Shown here: piece by piece, positions 10,762-20,415 of the stretch | Layout: every line of letters starts with the position of its first letter | How positions within the stretch are numbered: position 1 is the stretch's first letter | Origin: a virus | DNA length: 64,000 nucleotides | Strand: one strand, 5' to 3' | Virus record (IMG/VR): IMGVR_UViG_3300050821_002279 | Coordinates: 12,956 to 76,955 of that record | The notes under the pieces: model-generated | The model's input: only the letters and a program-made list of their open reading frames with translations | Databases searched by the model: none | What the model was told of the DNA's origin: nothing | Translations under genes and position numbers: made by a program

Positions 10762-11525
10762 ACGAGGTGGTTGTTGTAAAATTCCTCCTGACTTCGCCAC
10801 GCGCCAATTCCCCAACTCGGATTGGACATGATGCATCGGCGGGCCTGTTCCATCTGCGAGGCTTCTTTCGCTGGTAATCGTGGAAGAACAATGTCGGGTA
10901 TTGTTCCGAAGTTAAAATGGCAAAAGGCGCTCTTCTGTTCTTCTGTGAAGGCACGCCCCCCAACCGCGTGATAAAGCAGCGAGCCAGTGTCGTAAAAGTA
11001 AGGCTCGTTTTTGAACGGCAGGACAAGTGGGTAAAACAGGTTGACCTTTGGCGTAAAAGGCGTCTCAGCTATCCTTGCTTCGTACGCCGTGATTTTCTCA
11101 CGTAACAGCTTTGGATTAATCCGCAGCAAACTCGTGTGCAGCCTCGCCCTGGTTATTGCACCGGAAAACGAGTCGCGCCACTCTGGGATTCTCCATCCCG
11201 CCAAATGATCGGATGTAAACTCGGGATCGAACCGTTCGATGCTCTCGTAAAAAATAACGTCCGTGTCGCAGATCCAAAACGGTTCGTTGTTATTTTCAAC
11301 GAGTCTTTCAATCCATTCGTGATGAATCGTCGGCGTTGTGAACTCGAACGAGCCCCGGATATTCGTCGCCTCGGATCGAACCGCATCCCTCGCATCCCAC
11401 GAAAGACCATTGGCAAAGACCGTCAGATTAGCCTTCGGAAAACCGACACGGAAAGTTTTGAACACCATCGTCGCCATGTTTAGCAACTCTGGCCTTCGGC
11501 ATGTCGCGAGAATTAAGACGTTCAT
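10758..11525 (-). CDS. Putative GT-A fold glycosyltransferase
   Basis: N-terminal beta strand 'MNVLILAT' and a DxD motif 'FWICDTDVIFY'. Confidence 0.5.
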   Translation of the reverse strand: MNVLILATCRRPELLNMATMVFKTFRVGFPKANLTVFANGLSWDARDAVRSEATNIRGSFEFTTPTIHHEWIERLVENNNEPFWICDTDVIFYESIERFDPEFTSDHLAGWRIPEWRDSFSGAITRARLHTSLLRINPKLLREKITAYEARIAETPFTPKVNLFYPLVLPFKNEPYFYDTGSLLYHAVGGRAFTEEQKSAFCHFNFGTIPDIVLPRLPAKEASQMEQARRCIMSNPSWGIGAWRSQEEFYNNHLV

Positions 11526-12238
11526 AATCCGCCACCGCCCCCGCCGCCTCCACCAGCCGCACTTCCAGCTATCGACCCGATCATGGAATTCAACTGCGAT
11601 GAATCAGTCTGAAGTTCATTGCCCGCGAGATAACCCAAGGATGACTGCCAATCGATCTGATTTTGAGTCCAGTCATGTTGGAACTGCGCATTGCGCTCTG
11701 ACGTATCGCTGGCTATCTGTTGCCCGGGAGTCACGAACATTGAAGAGAACAAAGCCTGTCCAGCGCCAAGAGCCGGTGCATAGAGCGCATCAGTTTTCTG
11801 CGTCCAATCCTCGAACGAGCTTAGCCCCTGCTGCGTTATGGCAAGACTCGTCAACCCAAGGTCTCTGGCAACAAGAGCGCCATGAGCGCCACTCCCACCA
11901 TAGCCGCCACCCAAGGCTTTAGCGGCAGCGGAGTCTTGAACCACGTTCTGATCCGCTTGCGGTATCTGCCCCGCCATTTCTTGCGAAATCGTGCTCCCAG
12001 CCTGCGCCTGCATCCCCTGAAAACCCGGAAGCGTCTGGTTCAACATCTGGGTTATTTGATCCATGTTGAACTTGTTGATCCCGCCAACGAGATTCTCTAT
12101 CCCAGGAAGCGCGGCCTGATTACCGGCGATGGCCTTCTGCTGTTCCTCTTGAACATTGATTGGGTTGAATCCCGGCAGGTTAGGCTTGCCGCGAAGAATT
12201 CCGCTAAGGATTCCCATCCCAGGGTCGAATAGTCCCAT
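11522..12238 (-). CDS. Probable internal virion / pilot protein
   Basis: Gly/Gln/Ala-rich 238 aa with a poly-Gly C-terminus, inside the tail operon. Confidence 0.55.
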   Translation of the reverse strand: MGLFDPGMGILSGILRGKPNLPGFNPINVQEEQQKAIAGNQAALPGIENLVGGINKFNMDQITQMLNQTLPGFQGMQAQAGSTISQEMAGQIPQADQNVVQDSAAAKALGGGYGGSGAHGALVARDLGLTSLAITQQGLSSFEDWTQKTDALYAPALGAGQALFSSMFVTPGQQIASDTSERNAQFQHDWTQNQIDWQSSLGYLAGNELQTDSSQLNSMIGSIAGSAAGGGGGGGGGL

Positions 12239-12241
12239 AAT

Positions 12242-13084
12242 TCAAAGATTTAAAAGTTTTTGGTCGATAAACTGAATCTCAGAAGGGAGTTTAGAACCTT
12301 TCTTGAGATTACACTTCGGGCACGATGCACAGAGATTCTCCGAAGCATGGTTGCCATCCTTCGATAGCGCAATTACATGATCGACGTGTACTTCTTTTCC
12401 AGAGAACCATTCCCCGCAATAATAACAACGGATGCGATCCTTGGAACGAACGAATGTATAGAAAACTGTAGCCGTATCGTCTGTTAAAGCATTCTTGAGC
12501 CTCGCCCTTCTGCGATTAGACGCGGCTCGTACTTTTCCGGGATTTGCCCTAGCCCATTGTCGCTGGCACTCTCGGTATAATTCTGGATGCTCCCGCTTCC
12601 ATTTACTCGCCGCTTGCGGATTCTTAAGATGATATTTTAGCTTATAAGCTTTTACCAATTCGGGGTGAGATTTAGCCCAGCGAAGCGCAATATCGGGATT
12701 AGCCCTCGACCACTTTAATTTCGAAGCCTTAGCCAGTTCTGGGTTTTCATTCTGCCATTTGCGATTGATTTCTGGATGTGCCTTTGCATAGGCGCTGCTT
12801 CTCGCCCTGTTCCTTTGTTTTTGCTCGTCCGTCAAATTAAGCCTATAATTGCGATCATAAGCGGCCTTTTTGTCCTTGTTGCTGTCGTACCACTTACGGA
12901 GTCGCTTGCCGATCTTCTCACTGTTTCTGCGGTAGTATTCTTTCTGTCTAGCTAAAATAATGGCTTTGTGTTTGTGGTACGATCGCCGCTTCATTTCCCT
13001 CACATCATTGCGGTGCTCTCGCTTCCACTTTCTAGCCAATTCCAAGCAACGCTCCCGATTTTCTTGGTACCAGAGCTTATCCAT
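12242..13084 (-). CDS. HNH endonuclease with N-terminal W-x-x-x-(N/H)-P repeats
   Basis: 'CYYCG.....VHVDHVIALSKDGNH...NLCASCPKCNLKKG'. Likely start is ATG 13084. Confidence 0.9.
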   Translation of the reverse strand: MDKLWYQENRERCLELARKWKREHRNDVREMKRRSYHKHKAIILARQKEYYRRNSEKIGKRLRKWYDSNKDKKAAYDRNYRLNLTDEQKQRNRARSSAYAKAHPEINRKWQNENPELAKASKLKWSRANPDIALRWAKSHPELVKAYKLKYHLKNPQAASKWKREHPELYRECQRQWARANPGKVRAASNRRRARLKNALTDDTATVFYTFVRSKDRIRCYYCGEWFSGKEVHVDHVIALSKDGNHASENLCASCPKCNLKKGSKLPSEIQFIDQKLLNL

Positions 13085-13085
13085 A

Positions 13086-14129
13086 TTAAAATAATGCCAC
13101 AACAGGATCGTCTCCGTAGCCACTTCCTTGTATATCAATGCCGATATGCCTTCCGCTTCCAAGCATGTGTTCAAGCTCAAGATCCATTTCGTTTACAGCC
13201 CCGATAATTCCTTGCTTCGTCTTTGGATCTGTCCCGCCTTCCCAGAGAAGGGAGGCTTCTGGCCAATTACTTTCTTCTTCCGCTTTGATTGCACGGCACG
13301 CGAGCTTAACCGCCGCAAGATTGCCAACGCTCAGATAATCCGTTGGCTTGGCGACCGGGATGAAAGCGTTCTTGCCGACAAGCTGAATGGTGCTCACCGT
13401 TGAATTAAGGAATGGCACCTGATATCTTTGATAAAGTGGCGAGCTTTCGAACCACTGAAAATTAGAAAGCAGCGTGCCAGTCGCCACGGTTCCCGCATAG
13501 AGCCACGATTGCCCACTCTGCGGAGTGCCAGCAACCCCGATTTGGATCGCGGTGATTTTCGAGAACGAGTTTAACGTGCTCGTGCCAGCACCTTGAGATA
13601 ACAGAATGGTCTCTCCATCCTGCCAAACCCCGCCGACTAGAGTTCTAATCCAGTTTGGAGGCGTTGACCCATCGTAACCAAGGATCGTCATCGGACTGCC
13701 AACATCCGCCGCCACATCGCACTTCCCGGTTAACGTCGTAGCTGCGTTCGTTGATCCTGGCGGAATAACGTCAACAAAAGTCGGGAATACGCCAACCTGA
13801 AGAGCTTCCCAAACGCCGCTTCCATTCGGCGAGGTTTGATCGCGAGTGCCCCAACCCCCTTGCAGGTATTGATAGAGCATGTCGTGAATCGGAAGGATGG
13901 CATTTCCAAGAGATATACCTTCGACGGTATCGAGGTAAGGCGGCAGGCTGAAATACTGAGAGGTTAAAGCCACTGCGTAAGTCGATGTAGTACCCCAAAA
14001 CTTGCCGCGTTTAAGCAGCCTTTCGCACGCTTCATTCACGAACTGAATAAGCCGCACATCCCCAGGCGGAATGTTCAAGAGTTGCGGAGTCCTCGAGTTC
14101 TGAACCATTGCGAAAGTAGTGCGATACAT
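13086..14129 (-). CDS. Probable tail tubular / head-tail adaptor protein
   Basis: 'IQFVNEACERLL.RG.FWGT' helical N-terminus and '..YFSLPPYLDTV' pattern; position in the tail module. Confidence 0.55.
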   Translation of the reverse strand: MYRTTFAMVQNSRTPQLLNIPPGDVRLIQFVNEACERLLKRGKFWGTTSTYAVALTSQYFSLPPYLDTVEGISLGNAILPIHDMLYQYLQGGWGTRDQTSPNGSGVWEALQVGVFPTFVDVIPPGSTNAATTLTGKCDVAADVGSPMTILGYDGSTPPNWIRTLVGGVWQDGETILLSQGAGTSTLNSFSKITAIQIGVAGTPQSGQSWLYAGTVATGTLLSNFQWFESSPLYQRYQVPFLNSTVSTIQLVGKNAFIPVAKPTDYLSVGNLAAVKLACRAIKAEEESNWPEASLLWEGGTDPKTKQGIIGAVNEMDLELEHMLGSGRHIGIDIQGSGYGDDPVVALF

Positions 14130-14130
14130 A

Positions 14131-14886
14131 TCACGTTCCCTGTATCAAAGCCCTCGCCGTTCTCTGGATGAAGAAGCCGCCAAGGAAGGGCGGAAGATTC
14201 TGATGGCTCAGCGCAGTAACAGGGGGAGTTCCACTCGCCGGATTACCGCCGCCTGAAACCGTATTTGCATCCGGTTGCCCATCGGTAGTCGATGCCTTAA
14301 ATACCGCATTGTCGGCAGGCGCGTGACCGACTAATCCTTGATGCTGCAAGTGAACATGGGGCGCAAGTTCGGAGCTTATCAATATATGCCTCTCCTCGCC
14401 AGCCGCTCCAGAGCTTGTTACAGAAGCGCCTTGAGCAATCGAGTTCGCCGGATTGCCGTCATAAGGCACCGTGTTCGTCCCCGCTCCGATCACCATCTTG
14501 AAATCCATCGAATGATCGACCTGCCACATTGCGCCGGTCGTTGAAGTTGGTGGAGTAATTGTCGGGTTCGTTCCATCGCCACCGTCGAAAGCCCATACGG
14601 AAGCTTCGGTGTTGAACCAAATCTGACGCACGCTACTGCTCGCCGGAATTGGATGCGGACGAAACCAGCCGCCGTTATACTGATAAATGCCCTCCAAATA
14701 CCCGCTTACAATCCTTGCCCACAACGCGCTTTGATTCGCCGGTCCAGGCGGGGCGGAAGAAATGATTATGCCGCTGTCAGGGACAGTGCCGGAAAGAATT
14801 GTGCCGAAGTCGATGGCGAATTGTTGCGCCCCGGACCAACAATAGTTCGCCGGAAGGTTCCCAATCGTGAATGTGACTGCTGCCAT
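14131..14886 (-). CDS. Tail-associated protein with a short-fibre/collar-like C-terminus
   Basis: 'GEERHIL...ELAPHVH...SHQNLPPF....FIQRT' motif typical of phage collar and fibre domains. Confidence 0.6.
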   Translation of the reverse strand: MAAVTFTIGNLPANYCWSGAQQFAIDFGTILSGTVPDSGIIISSAPPGPANQSALWARIVSGYLEGIYQYNGGWFRPHPIPASSSVRQIWFNTEASVWAFDGGDGTNPTITPPTSTTGAMWQVDHSMDFKMVIGAGTNTVPYDGNPANSIAQGASVTSSGAAGEERHILISSELAPHVHLQHQGLVGHAPADNAVFKASTTDGQPDANTVSGGGNPASGTPPVTALSHQNLPPFLGGFFIQRTARALIQGT

Positions 14887-14891
14887 AGGTT

Positions 14892-15419
14892 TTAAGTTTT
14901 AACTATGTGATCGAAGTAACATGGAAACGCCCCAATGTTGCTATCGAGATTACAACGAAGCTCCACCCAAGTCGCCCCGGTTGCGGTTGTCGTCGTGACG
15001 TTGACCGGCCCAATCATTGTCCATGTTGCCGAAGGAGGCGCAAAGCTCTCGATATCAGCAAGGATACCAATCGCGGGATTCGCCCTAATTGCCAGCGACG
15101 GCCTGGGATTCAGGTTAACCGCTTGCATGACGTTAACTGAAATCGTGTGCTGTCCAACGGGCAACGCCCAGCGAAATTTCCAGATGCCATTCGCGTCAAG
15201 CCTGAGACAGGGTGCGGCGGGATTGCCTTGAATGAAATCCTCTCCACCCATTACCATATATTCCGATTCGCGCATGATGCACCGCAAGCGAGCAGATATC
15301 CCGCCAAGGGCTAGGCTTGTCGCGGCATCGCCAAGGACAGCACCAGACAAAGCGGCAGCGGGCTGGCCCCCAATAGCGGAGTCAGTGGTGTTGCCGTCGT
15401 ATATAAGATAGGCTGGCAT
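14892..15419 (-). CDS. Hypothetical structural protein
   Basis: Coupled ORF in the tail operon with beta-rich composition. Confidence 0.5.
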   Translation of the reverse strand: MPAYLIYDGNTTDSAIGGQPAAALSGAVLGDAATSLALGGISARLRCIMRESEYMVMGGEDFIQGNPAAPCLRLDANGIWKFRWALPVGQHTISVNVMQAVNLNPRPSLAIRANPAIGILADIESFAPPSATWTMIGPVNVTTTTATGATWVELRCNLDSNIGAFPCYFDHIVKT

Positions 15420-16342
15420 TAATTCGTTGGCAGTGTCGCTGAAGTCTCAATAATCAATGCGGCGATTTGCGTGTTGTCGGCGGCTGGCGTGAAAGCCATG
15501 AACGTCTTCCCGGCGAGCGTCCCGGTGCCGTTATACACCTGTAAATTGTTCAAGCTCGTATTGGGGTGTAAGAAGTGCCAAATCCCCCTCATCTGCCCGC
15601 GAATGTTGTAAATCGGAGCCGTCGTTGGATCTGAAATCCAAATTGGAGAAAGGTAAAGCCCGCCATTCACAGGATCGGGAAACGGGATAACGCCGTTCAT
15701 GAGCGCAGAGCTATTGGACTTAGCGGCGTCTCCGGTGCAAGCCACATTGATAGCGGTTCCTACTCCTGTGTATCCGCGAGGCATGTACGCGTTAGCTGAG
15801 GCCGTCTCGATGCTGTTGCTCAAGGCGGGGAATTTGTCGTAGTTAACCCCGTTGTTGCTGCACTTGAGTAGCGTCCTATAGGCGTCGGACCCAAGGAATG
15901 AAAATATCTCCCCAAAGTAGAATGCGCCGTAGCCAGTAGCAACGGAGAAGGCTTTGCCGAGGATAACGATAACCGTTCGAGAATCCGCAAAGACGTGCCA
16001 CTCGTTTGTTGCGGAACTTCCCTTGGATGTTTGGTTGTTCGTCGCGCCACTCGGGAATTGTCCAGTCCCAGTGTTGAATCCACTCATGGTCTCGAAGCCC
16101 CACATCGTAGCGATGGCCCCGATGTTGTCGTTGACCTGCCAATAATGCTGAACGCCGCTCGGGGCGCGGTAAACTGCGATGTTTGTGCTGGTGAAAGGGC
16201 TCGTCCAGCCAGCGGCAACCTGAGTGCCGTAGCCGTTCACGAGGCAGGCATTGAGAACGCCGATTAGCGAGCCGACTGAGTTGAAATTTAGCACAGGAGC
16301 GGAGGCGTCCGTTGAAGCGTAGTGCGTGTATTGATTGCTCAT
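15419..16342 (-). CDS. Putative virion structural protein
   Basis: 'STDASAPVL....GSLIGVLNACLVNGYG...AAGWT' N-terminus seen in phage tail-associated proteins. Confidence 0.6.
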   Translation of the reverse strand: MSNQYTHYASTDASAPVLNFNSVGSLIGVLNACLVNGYGTQVAAGWTSPFTSTNIAVYRAPSGVQHYWQVNDNIGAIATMWGFETMSGFNTGTGQFPSGATNNQTSKGSSATNEWHVFADSRTVIVILGKAFSVATGYGAFYFGEIFSFLGSDAYRTLLKCSNNGVNYDKFPALSNSIETASANAYMPRGYTGVGTAINVACTGDAAKSNSSALMNGVIPFPDPVNGGLYLSPIWISDPTTAPIYNIRGQMRGIWHFLHPNTSLNNLQVYNGTGTLAGKTFMAFTPAADNTQIAALIIETSATLPTN

Positions 16343-16348
16343 GACATT

Positions 16349-16636
16349 TCAATAAGTATCAGATTTTTCGACAAAAGGCGATCCTTCAAACCAAAGCCCG
16401 AAATCCTCATCCCCGGAAGAGCAGAGGACGGGAGCACCTTCCAACCATACCCCAAAGTCGTTTAGAGTATTGCATGTCACCGTTGGCGGCGGTCCCGGGG
16501 GACTTGGAATGACGTTGAATAATCCCGGCTCGCAACACTCTTGGCTGTTGCAAGAATTGGCGCTAACAGCTTCTCTGTTTACGCTGCTAAACGGCGACGG
16601 CGCACAACATTCAAGCGATGGGCAAGGAAGGCTCAT
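16349..16636 (-). CDS. Small Cys/Pro-rich hypothetical protein
   Basis: ATG 16636 coupled to the upstream stop; two 'DFG(V/L)W(L/F)EG' repeats. Confidence 0.45.
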   Translation of the reverse strand: MSLPCPSLECCAPSPFSSVNREAVSANSCNSQECCEPGLFNVIPSPPGPPPTVTCNTLNDFGVWLEGAPVLCSSGDEDFGLWFEGSPFVEKSDTY

Positions 16637-18645
16637 GTTGCGTTCGGTTCTGGAGAGAGGCTCTCGGCCTCGTCCAAATTGTAAACTCGGAATTGCCGCA
16701 TCCAACCATAGCCGGTAAATTCGATCCTTGGTTGCACCTCGTAGTTCGTGCGAAACTTCCTTCCTGCAATCGTATCGAAATCATCAGGCGGCATTCCAAG
16801 CTTGATCGGAGTGCGCTCTTGTTCACGGTACGTGTGCGGCCCCGTGCAATCAAAACCAGTGTAGGATACCGAAGCCCCGCTCGGCACGATTGTCCCAGGT
16901 GTCACCCCCGCCGTATTTTTCAAAGTTACCTGCGTCATCGAATTAACAAGCGTGATCGTGAACGAGAATCCACCGATAACGACCGCACTGTTGAACGTGT
17001 TCATTCCGGCAGTCGTTGTCAATGTAACAACAACGGTTGCATTTAATGCTGGCACGGTGAAAGGCCCGTTCGTTGTCGTTGTCTTCGGCCCGCCGCAATC
17101 CCGATACTTCGAGCAAACGGTACCAGATGACCAAAGCTGGTAGCATGGGCTTTCGTCGGTGCGGTAGCGAACGGTGTAGGAAAGGCTTCCAACAAGATTC
17201 GAAACGATGATTCTGCCAGTTTCCAGACGCTTGAAAGCATCCGAGTCTCCGCAATTATAGCTCCTCAAGTCAACGCTCCACGAAATCGGCGAGCTTCCGT
17301 TGTCGAAGAGATCCCCGGTTGTAAGCTCCCAAAGCTCGATTTGATTGCTCGCATTGAGGTTGTAGATGAAGCAACGCTCGCGACGATTGACGATGCCCTT
17401 GACGATTTTAAGAACGCGAAGACCGGACCAAATTCCCTCCCATGCCGGGGAACTGCTTCCACGAAGACTGCTGATAAGGTTGAAATCCAGAACCGCCAAT
17501 CCGCGATGATAAACGCCATACGGAGAGTTTACCGGGCTGATCGTCATCAAAAGGCGATTGTTGAACAACACCGCAGACCCGTACTCCAGAAGCTCCGGGG
17601 TATCGACGGAAATTTCATCGTCTATTTCGGAGCTTTGCGGCGTGTTGCCCTCGCTGCCGTTGAACTGCCTTTGAGCGGAGATATAGCTTCGAATGCCATC
17701 GATGGCTCGATACCAAATGTCTGAATTGACGAGCACCGTCGAATCCTGTCCCAACGCCCCATATATGGGATTCACCGTCTGAATCGGGTTCGCAAGATTC
17801 TTCCACGTCGTTCTGTCGAAAGGCAATTGTACCGTAAACACGGTGTAAGGCGTGAAAACAACAAGCGGACCCTGACCAAGAGCGGTGTCGCCTTGCGCAC
17901 CAGACTTCATCGCGAGGATTGGCCCTACGGCGCTTGGGGCTCCAAAGACACGCGCCACGAAGTCTCCTCCCTCGTTGTAATAATTGTTCTCCGTGTAACG
18001 CAGCATCGCGTCACGATATTGGAGCGCGGGAGTGCCGGAAGATCCAAAGACAAGATCGCCAATGCGGAAGCTCTGACGGTCGGGCAGCGCAACTGTCAAT
18101 CTGCCCTGGCAATAGCACATGACATTGCCAACGGGGACTTCGCTCAAAGATTGGTTTGATCTCCTTGCCAAGCTTCCGTTGAAGATTATCGGCAGGCTTT
18201 GGTTGTCTTGCAAAACAAAGTAGTTTTCGGCCTGAATGCCCCAGTTGATCGGAAGGATCGGGGAATTCACGTCCAAATTCCCACTCCCATCAGTTTTGAA
18301 TGGGGTGATCTCCGTGACGGTGAAAGTGGTCAAATCCAGCATGAACATCCGGCCACCTTGCGTTGAGACAAGGCACGGAACGTTAGCGCCGTCGTAAAAA
18401 CCGGCTGATTGGAATGGACCTGAAGGGCTTTGGAATGGTGTTTGGACGTTCGCGGCAAATGTTAAAGGCCGAAAACGATAACCCGGGCGAGGGGCAGCAG
18501 GACCGCCACGAAACGTGGTATTTACGGCAGCGGCTACTTGATCCGCCGCGATGTCGGATGCTGGCCGAGAGCCATCGACGCCGGAGACGAACGAGGCGTT
18601 TCCGTCCTTGCGCCAGTTTTTTGCGTCGGCTCGACTCGAAATAGC
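16633..18645 (-). CDS. Probable tail tubular protein B / nozzle (P22 gp10-like); true start lies upstream of the called ORF
   Basis: The 571-aa ORF frame stays open for about 100 more codons upstream (…DGNASFVSGVDGSRPASDIAADQVAAAVNTTFRGG..APRPG…); beta-propeller-like composition. Confidence 0.6.
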   Translation of the reverse strand, partial: AISSRADAKNWRKDGNASFVSGVDGSRPASDIAADQVAAAVNTTFRGGPAAPRPGYRFRPLTFAANVQTPFQSPSGPFQSAGFYDGANVPCLVSTQGGRMFMLDLTTFTVTEITPFKTDGSGNLDVNSPILPINWGIQAENYFVLQDNQSLPIIFNGSLARRSNQSLSEVPVGNVMCYCQGRLTVALPDRQSFRIGDLVFGSSGTPALQYRDAMLRYTENNYYNEGGDFVARVFGAPSAVGPILAMKSGAQGDTALGQGPLVVFTPYTVFTVQLPFDRTTWKNLANPIQTVNPIYGALGQDSTVLVNSDIWYRAIDGIRSYISAQRQFNGSEGNTPQSSEIDDEISVDTPELLEYGSAVLFNNRLLMTISPVNSPYGVYHRGLAVLDFNLISSLRGSSSPAWEGIWSGLRVLKIVKGIVNRRERCFIYNLNASNQIELWELTTGDLFDNGSSPISWSVDLRSYNCGDSDAFKRLETGRIIVSNLVGSLSYTVRYRTDESPCYQLWSSGTVCSKYRDCGGPKTTTTNGPFTVPALNATVVVTLTTTAGMNTFNSAVVIGGFSFTITLVNSMTQVTLKNTAGVTPGTIVPSGASVSYTGFDCTGPHTYREQERTPIKLGMPPDDFDTIAGRKFRTNYEVQPRIEFTGYGWMRQFRVYNLDEAESLSPEPNAT

Positions 18646-18736
18646 ATTTGACGGATTACAAAGGTGGCACGCGCCACAACATCAGCGAATCCGATTGATT
18701 TATTGTCGCCTGCGAGCCTAAAGTCAATGAAAGATT

Positions 18737-19423
18737 GTGGCCACGACACTTCCGCTACCATCCTCAGTACCGCAAACGACCTCTGCGATTGCTCAAAGCA
18801 ATATCTTTCCAGGGGCAGCAATCTCGCAATCGGCGGATAAGGCTTCCTTGGCTGGAAACGGTGTCCTTGCAACGCACATCGTCAACCTTGGGGCTCGCGT
18901 CAAAGGCATTGCTTCGATTGTCGCTAGCGGGATCGTCTTCCTCGATGATTGGACGTTGGCAACCGGAAAAAAGACGTTAGCAACCGGGGCTACGTACTAT
19001 GCCGGGAGCGGCGGAATGCTGTCAACTTCAGGGTCTCAGCCAGTCGGGATTGCCATTTCGCCAACAAGCCTATCGGTTACGATACAGAATCAAGTTGCTC
19101 CCGTCGCACCGGCAAACACGAGCGGGTTTCAGTCTCAAATCGCGAGTTTGACTCAGCAACTCGCTTCTCTACAACTTTCGATACCGAAGATTTTCGCTGG
19201 AACATTCGCCATCGGAAGCGGGGTTAACTCCGGTACCGTGACCGGGCAAGCGGTACCTTTCACGCCTACTAGGGCAATCGCGGTGGTTCGCAAGCAAACC
19301 GGGGCTTTGAACATTTTCGCGACGGTAGTGGATACCACAATTACAACGGATGGATTTGGATTTGTTCTCTCCTCGTTGACGGATACCGCGAACTACAAGC
19401 TGGATTTCATTATGTTGCCATGA
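18737..19423 (+). CDS. Virion decoration / fibre-like protein
   Basis: 'LATGATYYAGSGGMLST....QPVGIAISPT' capsid-cement-like segment, a short coiled coil and a C-terminal beta domain similar to 45103..45486. Confidence 0.5.
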   Translation: MATTLPLPSSVPQTTSAIAQSNIFPGAAISQSADKASLAGNGVLATHIVNLGARVKGIASIVASGIVFLDDWTLATGKKTLATGATYYAGSGGMLSTSGSQPVGIAISPTSLSVTIQNQVAPVAPANTSGFQSQIASLTQQLASLQLSIPKIFAGTFAIGSGVNSGTVTGQAVPFTPTRAIAVVRKQTGALNIFATVVDTTITTDGFGFVLSSLTDTANYKLDFIMLP

Positions 19424-19746
19424 AAAAGATTGCCGTAGGTTTCGGTATTGGGATCGCCTTTTGCCTGCTTCTCGCGGCGGATCGGCTTGGTCTTTATCAA
19501 ACTTTCCTGCAAAGCAATCTCGACGGCGGCGGGCAATCTGTAACGAACCTCAATAGCCTCACAGCGACAAATCTCACATCATCGTCAAATACCACCGCGC
19601 TTTTCTTCACTGTCAGCGGTGCAACGAATCAGGTTATTTTCGGAGCAACCAACACAGCGCCGGTCAATACGACGAACCCCGTGTATTGGATAAGCGTTCA
19701 AGTGGCTGGGTCGAACAACGTGCTGAGATTGCCTGTTTACCAATAA
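19420..19746 (+). CDS. Small protein with a signal-peptide-like N-terminus
   Basis: 'MKKIAVGFGIGIAFCLLLAA'; its N-terminus resembles that of 45493..49365. Confidence 0.55.
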   Translation: MKKIAVGFGIGIAFCLLLAADRLGLYQTFLQSNLDGGGQSVTNLNSLTATNLTSSSNTTALFFTVSGATNQVIFGATNTAPVNTTNPVYWISVQVAGSNNVLRLPVYQ

Positions 19747-19884
19747 TGCCATTGACTTTTAACGTGAAATCAATCAAAGTATCACGAGCATTAAGACTGC
19801 TTAAAACATGGCTTACAAATTTCTCGCCCTTTCAGGAATTGCCGCTTTCCATGTGCGGGTCTTACTTTTTCTGTTGGGGCGAGC

Positions 19885-20415
19885 TTGCTTTTCAAAAACA
19901 TGGACCCGATTCGTTGTTTAGATTGCGGAGAGCTTTACAGGAATTCCCCAGGCTGGAAATGTTGGTGTACCAGAAAATTGCACGTCCAAGAGAGAGTCCT
20001 AGAAAGAACCTACGTGGACGAAAATGGATGCTGGGTTTTCACCGGGGTAAAGATCGGAAGGGGATATCCTGCGATGGGTTGTGCTCGACACGGAGGGCAA
20101 ATACATCAAGGCCATCGAGTATCATATTCGGCATTCATAGGAGACATACCGGAAGGCTGCCAATTAGATCACATGTGCGAAAACAAAGCCTGCATGAATC
20201 CGTGGCATCTGGAGCCGAAGACCGCGAAAATACACAAGCCGAGACATTATATCACTGTATGTCTGCGCGGCCATCCATACGATGAACAGAACACCAACAT
20301 TTATGTTACAAAAAATGGATTCATTCACAGGACGTGCCGGACGTGCAATAGATTAAGGAGAACGCTGAGAACCATAAGGGATCGTGCCAAGAAAACCACC
20401 ACCCAAACCACTTGA
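19885..20415 (+). CDS. HNH homing endonuclease
   Basis: 'GCWVFTG....GYP...GHRVSY..FIGDIPEG.QLDHMCENKACMNPWHLE' plus a C-terminal 'CLRGH...CRTC' Zn domain. Confidence 0.9.
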   Translation: MLFKNMDPIRCLDCGELYRNSPGWKCWCTRKLHVQERVLERTYVDENGCWVFTGVKIGRGYPAMGCARHGGQIHQGHRVSYSAFIGDIPEGCQLDHMCENKACMNPWHLEPKTAKIHKPRHYITVCLRGHPYDEQNTNIYVTKNGFIHRTCRTCNRLRRTLRTIRDRAKKTTTQTT

